NCBI GenBank assembly: GCA_020819635.1
Contig: GCA_020819635.1_4533.1
Direction: 5' to 3' (one strand)
Source of the DNA: Escherichia coli
GTDB lineage: Bacteria; Pseudomonadota; Gammaproteobacteria; Enterobacterales; Enterobacteriaceae
Length of the DNA: 64,000 bases
Below, piece by piece: positions 20,273 through 29,162 of the stretch (its first letter is position 1; every line of letters starts with the position of its first letter). A program made the position numbers and the translations under genes. The notes beneath the pieces were generated by a model. The model made no database searches. It had not been told where the DNA came from and saw only the letters and a list, made by a program, of their open reading frames with translations.

Positions 20273-20453
20273 AACAGTAGAAGAAGCCGTAAAAGCAGCT
20301 TATGAGGCTTTAGCGGAAGCAGAGCAGTTAGCAGATGAGACTGGTAAAGGTTTCCGTTTCTCCCCTGAATATGGGATGGGTGGCTATTATGATCCAGAAG
20401 ATGAAAATGAGAATACTGGAACAAATTGGCATCCATCTTCTTTAAGTTGTTAA
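20256..20453 (+). CDS. small acidic protein, C-terminal W-x-SS-x-SC tail (paralog group of three)
   Basis: ends ...NWHPSSLSC. Confidence 0.4.
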   Translation: MTTKFKTVEEAVKAAYEALAEAEQLADETGKGFRFSPEYGMGGYYDPEDENENTGTNWHPSSLSC

Positions 20454-20464
20454 TAGGAGGTAAA

Positions 20465-20740
20465 GTGGGAATCGAAGATATCAAAGGTTATAAGGCGCAT
20501 ACTGACGATAAGATTGGCAAGGTTAACGCTATTAAAGATGCAGAAGAGCGTTTAGGTTTAATCTTCAAAGCTTTAGAGGAAGAGTATTGTGAAGCATATC
20601 ATGGGTATTTTGACGGCACAGAAAAAGAATTAGATCTTGCATACGAACGTATTGATCAAATCCGTTGTGCTATTAAACATTTAAAAGAAGCTAGTATGTG
20701 GGCTTGTCGTTCAGTTTTCCAACCAGAGGAGAAATACTAA
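20465..20740 (+). CDS. hypothetical protein
   Basis: GTG start after TAGGAGGTAAA. Confidence 0.4.
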   Translation: MGIEDIKGYKAHTDDKIGKVNAIKDAEERLGLIFKALEEEYCEAYHGYFDGTEKELDLAYERIDQIRCAIKHLKEASMWACRSVFQPEEKY

Positions 20741-20958
20741 TGAGTGATCGTAATGTTGAAGAATTAACTGAAAAAGCCCAAGCTATTATGGCTTTAGTGG
20801 ACGAACTTACAAAAGAAGCTGAAGATGCTGGTTTTGGTCTTAGTTTAGAAAATGACGCAATCTGTTTTGAAGATTGGCAATCCTCTTCTTGTTATGGTGA
20901 AGGTGATGATGGTTTCGTCGTTAATTCTCAAGGCGTTTGGCACAGTAGTAGCTGTTAA
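20740..20958 (+). CDS. small acidic protein, C-terminal W-x-SSS-C tail (paralog group of three)
   Basis: ends ...GVWHSSSC. Confidence 0.45.
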   Translation: MSDRNVEELTEKAQAIMALVDELTKEAEDAGFGLSLENDAICFEDWQSSSCYGEGDDGFVVNSQGVWHSSSC

Positions 20959-20967
20959 GGAGAGATT

Positions 20968-21240
20968 GTGGAGTCTGAAGGCGAACTGCTGATAAAAAAG
21001 AAAGTTAAAGAGATGGAACAAGCACAAAGAAAGTTTCGTAAGGAGATTGAAGAACTTTGTGAACAGTTTCAGGAACAAGCTTGGATAGGCGACTACGGTA
21101 ACGGAGAAACTTATTACCCTACAGGAACGCCAGCCGCAGATCACTATATTGATTTCATTTGTGAAGATTATGGTGTAGAGTTGGATGAAAATGGTTTAAC
21201 CACAAGAGGTGTTTGGATCTCTTCTTCCTCAATGTGTTAG
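20968..21240 (+). CDS. small acidic protein, C-terminal W-x-SSS-x-C tail (paralog group of three)
   Basis: ends ...GVWISSSSMC. Confidence 0.45.
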   Translation: MESEGELLIKKKVKEMEQAQRKFRKEIEELCEQFQEQAWIGDYGNGETYYPTGTPAADHYIDFICEDYGVELDENGLTTRGVWISSSSMC

Positions 21241-21248
21241 TAAATAAT

Positions 21249-21271
21249 AACCCGCTTCGGCGGGTTTTTTA
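21249..21271 (+). terminator. intrinsic terminator
   Basis: AACCCGC-TTCG-GCGGGTT followed by TTTTTT. Confidence 0.6.
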
Positions 21272-21300
21272 TTGACAGGAATCTGGAAGCTTGATAAACT
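21272..21300 (+). promoter_or_regulatory. sigma70-like promoter
   Basis: TTGACA, 17-nt spacer, TAAACT. Confidence 0.5.
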
Positions 21301-21330
21301 TAACCTATCAACCAATAGAGGAGAAATATT

Positions 21331-22272
21331 ATGGTGTTAATTGGTAGCCGTGCATTGCAAATTCATGCTATGGACATGGGAAAAGACTTGTATCGCCCTT
21401 GTGTAGATTTAGATTACCTGTGTACAGAACAAGAGTGGGAAGAATTATCAAAAATGTTCTCTCAAGAGGAGTTTGTTGAACTTGTAGAACGTAAAGGAAA
21501 CAAAGGCCATGTCAAAATGATAGCTGGTGCACATTTGGAATACGATATTGCTTCTCAAGGAGATAGCACAGAAGCTTTGATTAGTTATTGTGAAGATTCT
21601 GATGATGTTCGTCGAACTTACGCTGGACATGTTGTTGCTCCTTTAGATGTGCTCTACCTTCTTAAAATGAGTCATCGTTTTAAAAAGGATAGTCCTCACT
21701 TCTTTAAAACTATGAAAGATATTCATTTCATGCGGTCACTGGGCGCAAAGATCCCAGAAAATCTTAAGAGTATTTATGAGTTGCGTGAGAAAGAAACATA
21801 CACTTACTCTCATCCGAACTTAAACGTAAAAAGTAAAGACTTTTTTAAAGGTGATGAGGTTCCGTATGTTTATGATCATGATTCTATCCATGAAGCAATC
21901 GCGGTAATGGATGCTCCGGCATATAAATCTTATATGAAAGATGGAAGTGAAGTTATGACCAGCAAAGAAAAGTTTTTTGCTCAACCAAAACATGTGCGCC
22001 TGTTAGGTGTTTATGAAGAAGCGTGTGTTTTGGCTTTGGAACGTTCACAAATTCCTTTCGGTGGAGAGATCGGAGGTCCAACCCCTAAGCAAAGTTTTAT
22101 AATGGCTTTATCTAAAGTCTGCACATCCATCACTAGTGGTTGGTTTAGGGAATATGCTTGGGAAAACTTTTATGTTGTTATTAAGCTATATGAAAACATG
22201 GGCGAAAACGACTATGTTGAACGTTTTAAAGCTAATCAACATGTAGTAAAGCCTTTTGAAGGAGGTTATTAA
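21331..22272 (+). CDS. hypothetical protein, possible nucleotidyltransferase-like N-terminus
   Basis: 313 aa; LIGSRAL...DLD loosely resembles a Pol-beta-type GS...DxD motif; weak. Confidence 0.45.
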   Translation: MVLIGSRALQIHAMDMGKDLYRPCVDLDYLCTEQEWEELSKMFSQEEFVELVERKGNKGHVKMIAGAHLEYDIASQGDSTEALISYCEDSDDVRRTYAGHVVAPLDVLYLLKMSHRFKKDSPHFFKTMKDIHFMRSLGAKIPENLKSIYELREKETYTYSHPNLNVKSKDFFKGDEVPYVYDHDSIHEAIAVMDAPAYKSYMKDGSEVMTSKEKFFAQPKHVRLLGVYEEACVLALERSQIPFGGEIGGPTPKQSFIMALSKVCTSITSGWFREYAWENFYVVIKLYENMGENDYVERFKANQHVVKPFEGGY

Positions 22273-22273
22273 T

Positions 22274-22669
22274 ATGTGTGGATATCTTTCAGAAAGTTAT
22301 TTCAAAGTGACGCACGAGGATTTAGAAAAAGCACGATTGAAACTGACAGCTATTATTGAATACTCTAATACTGTTGATCACAGATTAAAGACTACTAAAG
22401 TATCTGTTCCTTGTTGGTTAGGTTTACGGCATAAAATAATGTCTCAACATGACCATGTTGTTCGAGAGATGCATGGTTGGTGTTGGTTTCACGATGTGGC
22501 TCTGCATTTTGGTTATATTACAGAAGAAGAGCATAGATTCTGTGAACTAACGTATCGTATTCCAACCCTTCACGATTTAGATTTGTGGAAGAAAGCAAAC
22601 GAGATTTTTCTTACAGAAAGTGATTGGCGTAAAGTTATGGCTTGTCTTGAATGGAGGGGTAATGAGTAA
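22274..22669 (+). CDS. hypothetical protein
   Basis: ORF from MCGYLSE after GAAGGAGG RBS. Confidence 0.45.
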   Translation: MCGYLSESYFKVTHEDLEKARLKLTAIIEYSNTVDHRLKTTKVSVPCWLGLRHKIMSQHDHVVREMHGWCWFHDVALHFGYITEEEHRFCELTYRIPTLHDLDLWKKANEIFLTESDWRKVMACLEWRGNE

Positions 22670-23345
22670 AACAGTTTTGTCTATGTTTGACGGATCTGGG
22701 ATCATGGTGTTACGTTATGCCGAAGCAGGTCACAAGTGTTTTTGTGTAAACGCTGATGAAGGGGATCACGGTAAATACGAGGTTAGGATGGAGCACCCAA
22801 ACATAACCTATGTTAATGCCTGGATAGATTCTACATTCAACCCTGAAGATCATGGGATACCTAAACCCGATATTATTTTTGGATTTCCACCTTGCACTAT
22901 GTTAGCAGGTAGTGGTAGCAAACACGAACGCAGCACAGAGGAATTGGATGAAGCTTTAGCTAATATTCGTGTAGTGGAAGCTTTGGGTAACAAATATAAT
23001 GTTCCTTGGATGATTGAGAACCCAGTAGGTAAACTTTCAACCTTATGGCGTAAACCCGATTTTTACTTTGATCCTTATGAGTATGGTGGGTATTTGTTTG
23101 AAGAGGAAGGAAGCTTTCATCCTAAAATGCCTACCCGTGATGGGTATACAAAGAAAACTTGTATTTGGCACGGCAATGGTTTTGTTCAACCAGTGAAGAA
23201 ACCAGTAGATCATATAGGCTGCTTCTGGGGTTGGAAAAGCTTAGGTGGAGCTAGTGCAAAAACAAAACAACTTAGATCACTAACCGCACGTGGTTTTGCT
23301 CGTGCAGTGTTTTTGTCTAACAATATTCTAGATAAGGAGAAATAA
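22662..23345 (+). CDS. C5-cytosine methyltransferase-like protein, minimal (catalytic core only)
   Basis: motif I-like LSMFDGSG, catalytic PC motif GFPPCT, ENV-like WMIENPVG; only about 228 aa, no recognisable target-recognition domain or motifs IX/X. Confidence 0.5.
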   Translation: MSKTVLSMFDGSGIMVLRYAEAGHKCFCVNADEGDHGKYEVRMEHPNITYVNAWIDSTFNPEDHGIPKPDIIFGFPPCTMLAGSGSKHERSTEELDEALANIRVVEALGNKYNVPWMIENPVGKLSTLWRKPDFYFDPYEYGGYLFEEEGSFHPKMPTRDGYTKKTCIWHGNGFVQPVKKPVDHIGCFWGWKSLGGASAKTKQLRSLTARGFARAVFLSNNILDKEK

Positions 23346-23998
23346 TGTTAAATTCAAAACCAGTGGTTGCTTATCAAGTAGATCGTAATGATGGTGAAGG
23401 AAGTGTTGTTATTTTCAGTACACACGGTCTTGAGGCTCGTCGAAAAGGTGCATATCGTTTAGAATGTGAGTTTGAAGACTGCACAAGCCACCGTGTCAAA
23501 CAATTCGATCAATATGCTGATAAAGGCTTCGTCCCTATCAAAGCGTTACTGGAAGATGGTTGGTGGGTATATTCTGCTTTTGATTACTCAAAACTGGAGG
23601 AGTCAGCTTCGTGCGCCTCCGAGATCGAATATGATGATTACTATGACACTCTATACCTTCCAGAATGGCTTGTCTTTTCTCCTGATGAGAGAAGTGTCTG
23701 GAAAACGTGGGAAGAAATGGAGAGACATGCGTATAGCATCAATGAAGCTTTAGATCGTAAAGCTTGGTTTATTGAGGCAGTAAAGGCGGCATACCCCCAA
23801 TTCTCATTCTGTGATTTCACTGGCGGCCCAGGATACATTACACATACAGCCTCTTTTGAGTTTCCTGGTTCACGTTATAAGGGTAATGTTTATTGGGACT
23901 GGGATGAAAATAAACAACCTTCGGCTCAAGACTTCCGTTGCTATGTTTGTCAAGGCGATCAAGAAGCCCTTGACAAATACCTACAAAGTCTGGTATAG
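23345..23998 (+). CDS. hypothetical protein
   Basis: 217-aa ORF, ATGA-coupled to upstream MTase-like gene. Confidence 0.5.
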   Translation: MLNSKPVVAYQVDRNDGEGSVVIFSTHGLEARRKGAYRLECEFEDCTSHRVKQFDQYADKGFVPIKALLEDGWWVYSAFDYSKLEESASCASEIEYDDYYDTLYLPEWLVFSPDERSVWKTWEEMERHAYSINEALDRKAWFIEAVKAAYPQFSFCDFTGGPGYITHTASFEFPGSRYKGNVYWDWDENKQPSAQDFRCYVCQGDQEALDKYLQSLV

Positions 23999-24015
23999 TG
24001 CCAGCATCTGAACAA

Positions 24016-24046
24016 AGCCTCCTGTTTCAGGGGGCTTTTCTTTTAT
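24016..24046 (+). terminator. intrinsic terminator
   Basis: AGCCTCCTG...CAGGGGGCT imperfect hairpin followed by TTTTCTTTT. Confidence 0.5.
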
Positions 24047-24056
24047 AGGAGGGAAT

Positions 24057-24542
24057 ATGTTTCAAGTAAATGTCAATGTGCATAATAGTTACTCTGATTG
24101 TGAAACGTGTGGCTATAATTCATCTAATGTTATTCGTATTAGTGGCGATTTAGGAGAAGCTTCTTTTGGAGAAGAAGCAAGTTGCTTTAGTGGTATGGAT
24201 GCAGAATGGAATGATATTGCACATTGGTTAGTGAGCAAACTAAAAGAAAAAGAGAAACCATTTCCTACTCTGCTTGATCGTTCTCTTGTGGAAGATGCAG
24301 GTAAAGCATATGCAGACTATGCGTATGCAGACGGGAAATATTTGGAAGATGATAAGGCTAACCATTTGCTTTATGTTTACTATGAAGCTGAATCTGCCTA
24401 CGATAATTATTACAGCATGTCTAACATCCTACGTCTGTTTGCAGAGTTTGATATTTATTTCGAAGTAGAATTTTCAGAAGATGATACTTACGAGTACAAT
24501 TCTTATGATCCATTTGAGGAGGAAGAATGCCAAGACGAGTGA
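24057..24542 (+). CDS. hypothetical acidic protein
   Basis: 161-aa ORF, D/E/Y-rich. Confidence 0.45.
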   Translation: MFQVNVNVHNSYSDCETCGYNSSNVIRISGDLGEASFGEEASCFSGMDAEWNDIAHWLVSKLKEKEKPFPTLLDRSLVEDAGKAYADYAYADGKYLEDDKANHLLYVYYEAESAYDNYYSMSNILRLFAEFDIYFEVEFSEDDTYEYNSYDPFEEEECQDE

Positions 24543-25342
24543 TTTTTGTAAGCGGTGCAGGTTTAAGTGCAGACAGTGGGATTCGAACATTTAGAACAGA
24601 CACAGATAGTGGTCGTGCTTTATGGGAAGAATATGATTTAGAAGAGGTCTGCGATATTGGAGCTTTCCAAGCAGGTTATCGTGTTAGAACATCTCCAGAT
24701 CTTCCAGTGGTCGGTGGTGTAGACGAGAACGGTATGGATTTGTATGCCAAAACACACGAATTTTATAACAAAAGACGTGTTGAGCTTAAAGATGTACAAC
24801 CTAATGCTGCACATATTCAAATAGCAAAGTGGTTTAAGGAATATCCTAACCAAATAGTAAACTTGACAACAAACGTTGATGATCTACTAGAGCGAGCAGG
24901 TGTAGACAGAGATTCTGTTATTCACGTACACGGATATCTTCCTGAAGTAGTTTACCGTATGCATCCTGGAGATTACAAAACACTGGTAGATATTGGTTAC
25001 AATAGTATAAACATAGATGATTATAACTGGGTGAAGCCTAATGTTGTATTTTTTGGTGAGGCTGCACCTTTGTATGCAGATATGGCTCACTTGTTCGATA
25101 CTTTGACCATGCAAGATTTGGTTGTAGTAGTAGGATGTTCAAACCAAGTTATCAATTTTAATTGGGAATTATTTCCTGCACTTAGTATGGGTACAAAAAT
25201 GGTTGTAGTTAACCCTGGAGTTAATTACGAAGAAACACTTCTCTATGAAGATCGTGGAGTTTTTGTTTACCGAGAAAAAGCTGCAACAGCCTTCAGCAAT
25301 GAAGGTTTCATTAAAATGGTCGAAGACCACTTAAACAAATAA
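24527..25342 (+). CDS. Sir2-family (sirtuin-like) NAD-dependent protein, lacking zinc ribbon
   Basis: GAGLSADSGIRTFR, TTNVDDLLERAG, HVHG, VVFFGE motifs match the Sir2/CobB catalytic core; no CxxC...CxxC zinc module. Confidence 0.75.
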   Translation: MPRRVIFVSGAGLSADSGIRTFRTDTDSGRALWEEYDLEEVCDIGAFQAGYRVRTSPDLPVVGGVDENGMDLYAKTHEFYNKRRVELKDVQPNAAHIQIAKWFKEYPNQIVNLTTNVDDLLERAGVDRDSVIHVHGYLPEVVYRMHPGDYKTLVDIGYNSINIDDYNWVKPNVVFFGEAAPLYADMAHLFDTLTMQDLVVVVGCSNQVINFNWELFPALSMGTKMVVVNPGVNYEETLLYEDRGVFVYREKAATAFSNEGFIKMVEDHLNK

Positions 25343-25351
25343 ACCACTCAA

Positions 25352-25373
25352 GGGGCTTCGGCCCCTTTCTTAT
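25352..25373 (+). terminator. intrinsic terminator with UUCG tetraloop
   Basis: GGGGC-TTCG-GCCCC followed by TTTCTTATT. Confidence 0.6.
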
Positions 25374-25385
25374 TAGGAGAATAAA

Positions 25386-25658
25386 ATGACTGAAGAAATC
25401 CGTGATTACTACCTTGCACATTACGTTTACTACTTTGCCAATGCTACACAAAAAGGGGAAGGTAATCTTTACTTGGCAACAGGACATGGAACAGGCGTTA
25501 GGAAATCAAATATTGATAATGCCTTGGCTCAAGTGGCTGCGGGGCTAGAAGATAAACTTCAAACACCTGTAGTTGTAGTGATGCAAAATATAAGTTACCT
25601 AGCAAGTTGTACTGAAACCGAATTTAACGCGTCTGAGACGCAATCTAACGAAGAATAA
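25386..25658 (+). CDS. hypothetical protein
   Basis: 90-aa ORF, last plus-strand gene of block. Confidence 0.45.
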   Translation: MTEEIRDYYLAHYVYYFANATQKGEGNLYLATGHGTGVRKSNIDNALAQVAAGLEDKLQTPVVVVMQNISYLASCTETEFNASETQSNEE

Positions 25659-25662
25659 AACA

Positions 25663-25695
25663 AAGGCACCCACTTGGGTGCCTTTTCTATTTTAG
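25663..25695. terminator. bidirectional intrinsic terminator at convergent block boundary
   Basis: GGCACCCA-cttg-GGTGCC flanked by A-run upstream and T-run downstream. Confidence 0.6.
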
Positions 25696-25727
25696 AGCGT
25701 CTCTGTTCGATTTAGGTGGGTTCTAGC

Positions 25728-25958
25728 TTACTTGTGTAGTGCTCTCTCGTATAACTCAATGATCAATTCATCCTCTACTGTAATACGCGCCATTTGATCC
25801 GTCTTAAGTATTGTTGGTTGGTAGTGGTGCATTTCACTATTGATACTACAATCCCATTCGTCATAACCTAAATACTCTCCTACATGGACCTTAACCATAA
25901 AGGGAAACGGGTTATCTACCAAAAATGCCATACAACCTTCTTCGATTTTATTTAACAC
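25728..25958 (-). CDS. hypothetical protein
   Basis: 76-aa ORF. Confidence 0.4.
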   Translation of the reverse strand: MLNKIEEGCMAFLVDNPFPFMVKVHVGEYLGYDEWDCSINSEMHHYQPTILKTDQMARITVEDELIIELYERALHK

Positions 25959-25987
25959 ATGACCTCCTATTACTACAGATATGAAAA

Positions 25988-26007
25988 AACCCGCCGAAGC
26001 GGGTTCT
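25988..26007 (-). terminator. intrinsic terminator
   Basis: minus strand AACCCGC-TTCG-GCGGGTT followed by TTTTTT. Confidence 0.55.
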
Positions 26008-26049
26008 ATTGCTACGATAGGATCACTATCCTATAGTATTGTTTCTGTG

Positions 26050-26331
26050 TCAAGCCTTAGCGTAGAAAAACTTCTCATATTCAGATTTTGTTACGATTGT
26101 GGGGCAACCTTTTGTTCCATCCTCGATAACAGGGGCTTCTACCATTCTGGTGTTGAATAAGCAATAAGTTCCACGCATGTAAATACCCAGTTTTGTTTCT
26201 ACGATGTGCTCTTTACTTACGCTTGAAAACTTAATCTCACCATCAGAGTCTCTTATAGCAATAAGTGCATGTTCGGGCCAATCTTTTCCTTTTGCTCCTA
26301 AAGCATTATACAATTCTTGAACGAGTTCCAT
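26050..26331 (-). CDS. hypothetical protein
   Basis: 93-aa ORF. Confidence 0.45.
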   Translation of the reverse strand: MELVQELYNALGAKGKDWPEHALIAIRDSDGEIKFSSVSKEHIVETKLGIYMRGTYCLFNTRMVEAPVIEDGTKGCPTIVTKSEYEKFFYAKA

Positions 26332-26343
26332 ATGACCTCCTTA

Positions 26344-26517
26344 TTAAATAACAAATTTTTCTTCTTCTGGCTTATCGTAATCTGGAGAATAAACATGTGC
26401 GGGATTAAAACCTTTAAAATTTCCGCGACCTTTACGTGGACAGTTGAATGTGCGAGCTTGATGATCCCCAAAAGATTTCCCACAATGCATACATTTAAAA
26501 TCAGTGCGTTTAGTCAT
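26344..26517 (-). CDS. small zinc-finger protein
   Basis: MTKRTDFKCMHCGK...FNCPRKG; AAGGAG RBS. Confidence 0.45.
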   Translation of the reverse strand: MTKRTDFKCMHCGKSFGDHQARTFNCPRKGRGNFKGFNPAHVYSPDYDKPEEEKFVI

Positions 26518-26570
26518 GCCATATCTCCTTTTAAAAGGCTGCACCTATTGAAGATGCAGCTTTGATAGAT

Positions 26571-26672
26571 TATTTAGATGAGTCTAAAATGTCTTTTACT
26601 TTTGCCGTGATAACGTCTTGATATTTGTTAATAAGATAGCCTACAACTACACCTACGATAAATGAAACCATT
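26571..26672 (-). CDS. small hydrophobic peptide (33 aa)
   Basis: MVSFIVGVVVGYLINK after GGAGAAATA RBS; below ORF-table size cutoff. Confidence 0.3.
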
Positions 26673-26680
26673 ATTTCTCC

Positions 26681-27289
26681 TTATTTAAGTGGTGAGAGAA
26701 CAATCTCTCGGTTTTTTAAGAACCAAAGCATGTCATCTTGATCATAGTCTGATCCCTCTGTAGTAGAATTTTTGATAGAATCAAAAAACCAACGAGGTAT
26801 ACCAAAACAACTTCCAGATGACTGCATGTCTTTCTGCGACATTTTAAATGTGATTGGAAAATCACAATTATCAATCTCTCGGATATCTGCTGAAGATAAG
26901 ATTGTAACTTCAACCAGTTCGTCGTTAGATGTAGTATCGTTGTCTTCCTGAATAATGTCAAATGCTTTTTGCACATCTTTTGCATCTAATGTTAAACCTG
27001 TGGCTTTCTGAAAAGCCGAAACAAAAATTAGAGCTTCTTCAGAGCAAGGGGCTTCCAGCAAATGAGCCATAATAGGTGACAAGCAAATGTTAAGATCTTT
27101 GTCATACCAACGAACAATCCACACAGGCGTTGCTCCGTTTTGTTTGTCACGAGCCAAAATTGTAACGTGCTGGCCTTCTTCTGGTATATGATACAAACCA
27201 GAAAAACCAGGACCTGTAGTAGATTTTTTGACACGTGCTACGTGTCCAACTTCTAAAGGATCTTTACCATCCCAAATCTTCTCTTCCAT
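26681..27289 (-). CDS. hypothetical protein
   Basis: 202-aa ORF. Confidence 0.5.
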   Translation of the reverse strand: MEEKIWDGKDPLEVGHVARVKKSTTGPGFSGLYHIPEEGQHVTILARDKQNGATPVWIVRWYDKDLNICLSPIMAHLLEAPCSEEALIFVSAFQKATGLTLDAKDVQKAFDIIQEDNDTTSNDELVEVTILSSADIREIDNCDFPITFKMSQKDMQSSGSCFGIPRWFFDSIKNSTTEGSDYDQDDMLWFLKNREIVLSPLK

Positions 27290-27297
27290 ATAACCTC

Positions 27298-27561
27298 CTA
27301 AATAACATCTTTGAAATAGTGAATCACTTCAATATTATGGTACAAAGTGCTTCGCTCTTTTGTGTACTCTGTTTTAGTAACAAACACTTTTGCAATACCG
27401 TACTTATGTGCTGGTAGGTTTGGATTGGTTTGCATAATTTCTTTCACTACACTTATAGTTTCGTGCTCGGATTCCCAATAAGTGAAGTAACCCTCACTAT
27501 CAACGATTAAAGACTCGTTTTCAAGATCTACAAAACAGAAAAATATTGACGGATGGCTCAT
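27298..27561 (-). CDS. hypothetical protein
   Basis: 87-aa ORF. Confidence 0.45.
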   Translation of the reverse strand: MSHPSIFFCFVDLENESLIVDSEGYFTYWESEHETISVVKEIMQTNPNLPAHKYGIAKVFVTKTEYTKERSTLYHNIEVIHYFKDVI

Positions 27562-27721
27562 TCTTTTTCTTCAACCTTCCTCAAAGCTTTTTGATCGAAT
27601 ATAGCGTGTTGCAACTCCCCGTTTTCATCAAACCAAGTTACTTTACAAGATTCACCATAACTTTCTATTACTGTCATTTGTTTGTTTGCACCTTTAAGAC
27701 AAACCACATCACCTACTTGCA

Positions 27722-28171
27722 TCATGATTGAGTTCCTTTTTGTTTTTCAATAGCTGCACGAATTTCTGCTAAAGGCTCTGCTACCAGATCTTCAACTTCT
27801 TGGATTTGTTCATTCATTACGTCACGAACCATTTGAATCCGCTCTTCAAGGGAAACAGCAAGTTCATCTGCATAAGCCATATTAAGAACGTGGTAGAAAT
27901 TTTCTTGTGCACTTAAAGCACCAGATAACAAATAATCCTGATCTTCCTCTGGTAAAAGCATGTGTTGCTCATATTCAGCAAAAGTGTTTTTGTTAATCTC
28001 AAGCAAAGCACCCATCATAACATCATACTGATAATCTTTATGACCAGGATTGTTTAAAATAACATCTTCAAAGATATTAAGAAGAATCTTAGTAACAAAA
28101 GCATTGTTTTCGGCACCTTCCATCTGACGGATTACCGTGATTACTTCTTTTTCTTTAGCGTTTTGGCTCAT
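27722..28171 (-). CDS. hypothetical protein
   Basis: 149-aa ORF. Confidence 0.5.
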   Translation of the reverse strand: MSQNAKEKEVITVIRQMEGAENNAFVTKILLNIFEDVILNNPGHKDYQYDVMMGALLEINKNTFAEYEQHMLLPEEDQDYLLSGALSAQENFYHVLNMAYADELAVSLEERIQMVRDVMNEQIQEVEDLVAEPLAEIRAAIEKQKGTQS

Positions 28172-28361
28172 AGTGTTTCTCCTCTGATTCTATTTGGATA
28201 TAACCTGTGGTTTTGCACGGGTTACACTCGTAAATTTGACCTACATCCGCCATAACATATCCTGCACCACCACAATAGGGGCAAGGCATAGGAGGACAAG
28301 GTATGGACGTAGTGATTGTTACGACATTATCAATTTTCAACATTTTCGCCATTATTACCAT
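28155..28361 (-). CDS. small zinc-ribbon protein
   Basis: CPPMPCPYCGG...CNPCKTTG. Confidence 0.4.
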   Translation of the reverse strand: MVIMAKMLKIDNVVTITTSIPCPPMPCPYCGGAGYVMADVGQIYECNPCKTTGYIQIESEEKHYEPKR

Positions 28362-28603
28362 TCCGCTATTAACGTCAAACCAAGTGCATCGTTAAAACGC
28401 TCAACATTTGAGTATAGGTATGGAGGGGTTATTTGCTCTAAAATTTGTGCTGCTTCCACTTGGTGCTCTATGTTTTGAGAAGTTCGGGCATAAACTAAGA
28501 CACCCATTTTATTCAAAATAAAAACAGAATCAGACCCATCTAGCTTATCAACGGCTGCATACATTTTAGTCATATCTTCTCCTGGATTACCATTCAGCAA
28601 CAA
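28355..28603 (-). CDS. hypothetical protein
   Basis: 82-aa ORF. Confidence 0.4.
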   Translation of the reverse strand: MLLNGNPGEDMTKMYAAVDKLDGSDSVFILNKMGVLVYARTSQNIEHQVEAAQILEQITPPYLYSNVERFNDALGLTLIAEW

Positions 28604-28802
28604 GACTAGGATTCATAGCAAAAGCTTTGAAAGTTGTTATGTCATGACTAACATTAAAACTAACACCTTTTACTTTCTCTAGTATTTGAACTTTCGTCTC
28701 TCCGTCCCACGGTAGGATGATAACACCATCTTCTGTGATCAACCACCAGTGGTTCTCTCCATCTCGTGAATCTTTTGCTTTGTATAGAAAATTGGAACTC
28801 AT
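28587..28802 (-). CDS. hypothetical protein
   Basis: 71-aa ORF. Confidence 0.4.
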   Translation of the reverse strand: MSSNFLYKAKDSRDGENHWWLITEDGVIILPWDGETKVQILEKVKGVSFNVSHDITTFKAFAMNPSLVAEW

Positions 28803-29162
28803 TCTTCCTCCTGTTTGGTATTATTCACTTGTGAGACACAATGTAACATAAGCTTTGTGAGTTTGTCAAGGATCTAATTACATTCTACAGAAGAAGAGGG
28901 TTAATAACTATAGGAATAGTCTTACTATAGGTGCAATACTAGTTAAGAGTTAGATTGATAGGTAAGACTTATCTTAAACAGATAATTGATAGGTGAATCA
29001 GCATTGACTTTTTCAAAAAAATATGGTACCCTAAACATATGTTTACGAGCGATAGCGAGTAGTAGATTTCTATATAATAATGTTTCATGTTACTCACGAT
29101 AGTGAGGTATGAAACGTAAGTGAAGGTAGATAAACTATGATCATCTATCTACCATCTATTAA

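Noticed and set aside
28355-28802. Two adjacent ORFs both ending in AEW, considered as a paralog pair
   Set aside because: The similarity is limited to the last few residues and I could not align the rest; too weak to call.
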